IMG/VR virus record: IMGVR_UViG_3300045988_104228 | Location: 1-39,274 of that record | Length of the DNA: 39,274 bases | Source of the DNA: a virus | Direction: 5' to 3' (one strand) | Shown here: positions 39,156 through 39,274 of the stretch, one piece after another | Layout of the letters: each line of letters opens with the position of its first letter | Position numbering within the stretch: position 1 is the first letter of the stretch | Made by a program: the position numbers and the translations under genes | The notes under the pieces: generated by a model | Told to the model about the DNA's origin: nothing | Databases searched by the model: none | The model's input: only the letters and a program-made list of their open reading frames with translations

Positions 39156-39274
39156 ATAACATTACAGTCCTTGAAACTCAATGTTTTCAAGGACTGTGTT
39201 AATTTTAAGGCGGTCTAAAACAGGTTATTTTCGGCTCTACAACTAACACACAACTAACACACAACTAACAAAAT
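39156..39274. repeat. Direct terminal repeat, right copy
   Basis: Exact identity with 1-119. Confidence 0.95.

Larger units (their letters stand above)
1..39274. mobile_element. Complete tailed-phage genome (siphovirus-like, temperate-derived) bounded by a 119-bp direct terminal repeat
   Basis: Contiguous lysogeny, replication, packaging, head, tail and lysis modules; no host genes; 1-119 is identical to 39156-39274. Confidence 0.9.

Noticed and set aside
1-39274. The terminal repeats as attL/attR of an integrated prophage.
   Set aside because: The window begins and ends exactly at the repeat, and no bacterial flanking genes are present. A circular or terminally redundant phage contig is the simpler reading. 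This cannot be fully excluded without reads.
1-39274. A diversity-generating retroelement or retron (because of the variable-looking fibre/LRR genes and the structured non-coding region).
   Set aside because: No reverse-transcriptase-like ORF (no YxDD-type motif) occurs in any frame, and no template/variable repeat pair was noticed near the fibre genes.

Overview
The window is one complete tailed-phage genome: 39,155 bp of unique sequence plus an exact 119-bp direct terminal repeat (1-119 = 39156-39274). It looks like a siphovirus, and its gene content is typical of temperate phages of Firmicutes/Clostridia (host assignment is inference only). Gene order: (a) an attP-like site and a minus-strand lysogeny module, comprising a frameshifted tyrosine integrase, a Zn-ribbon membrane protein and the immunity region. 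(b) Plus-strand early genes: antirepressor, Xis-like HTH, SNF2-helicase/N6-N4 methylase fusion, Dcm, sliding clamp, Gp157, Rad52-like annealase, NinB-like, SSB, replisome organizer, dUTPase, YopX, RusA and a sigma-region-4-like late regulator. (c) About 530 bp of structured non-coding DNA containing a tRNA-like element. (d) A ParB/DUF4417 protein, an acidic protein and a JAB-motif protein. (e) TerS/TerL, SPP1-like head genes, tail genes, a fibre plus a BspA-type LRR protein, and the lysis cassette. (f) A minus-strand accessory island next to the att region. Main observations: (1) The CI/LexA-like repressor gene is physically split. Its HTH and the first half of its S24 peptidase domain are fused in frame to the antirepressor. 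The second half of the S24 domain lies about 1 kb away on the opposite strand. This pattern is explained exactly by a 1.03-kb inversion of the immunity cassette. Together with the frameshifted integrase, it suggests either a DNA-inversion switch or a lysogeny-defective derivative. (2) Two near-identical consensus promoters, each with an embedded inverted repeat, drive small acidic proteins and a ribbon-helix-helix protein. This is an Acr/Aca-like anti-defence layout. (3) The dcm gene is broken at a T8 run and carries a 134-aa same-strand overlapping ORF with its own SD. (4) There is a structured non-coding region with a tRNA-like 3' module, and phased TACAGT repeats follow the late regulator. 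No CRISPR array, reverse transcriptase, rRNA or canonical tRNA was seen. All calls come from reading the sequence and ORF translations; no database search was run.
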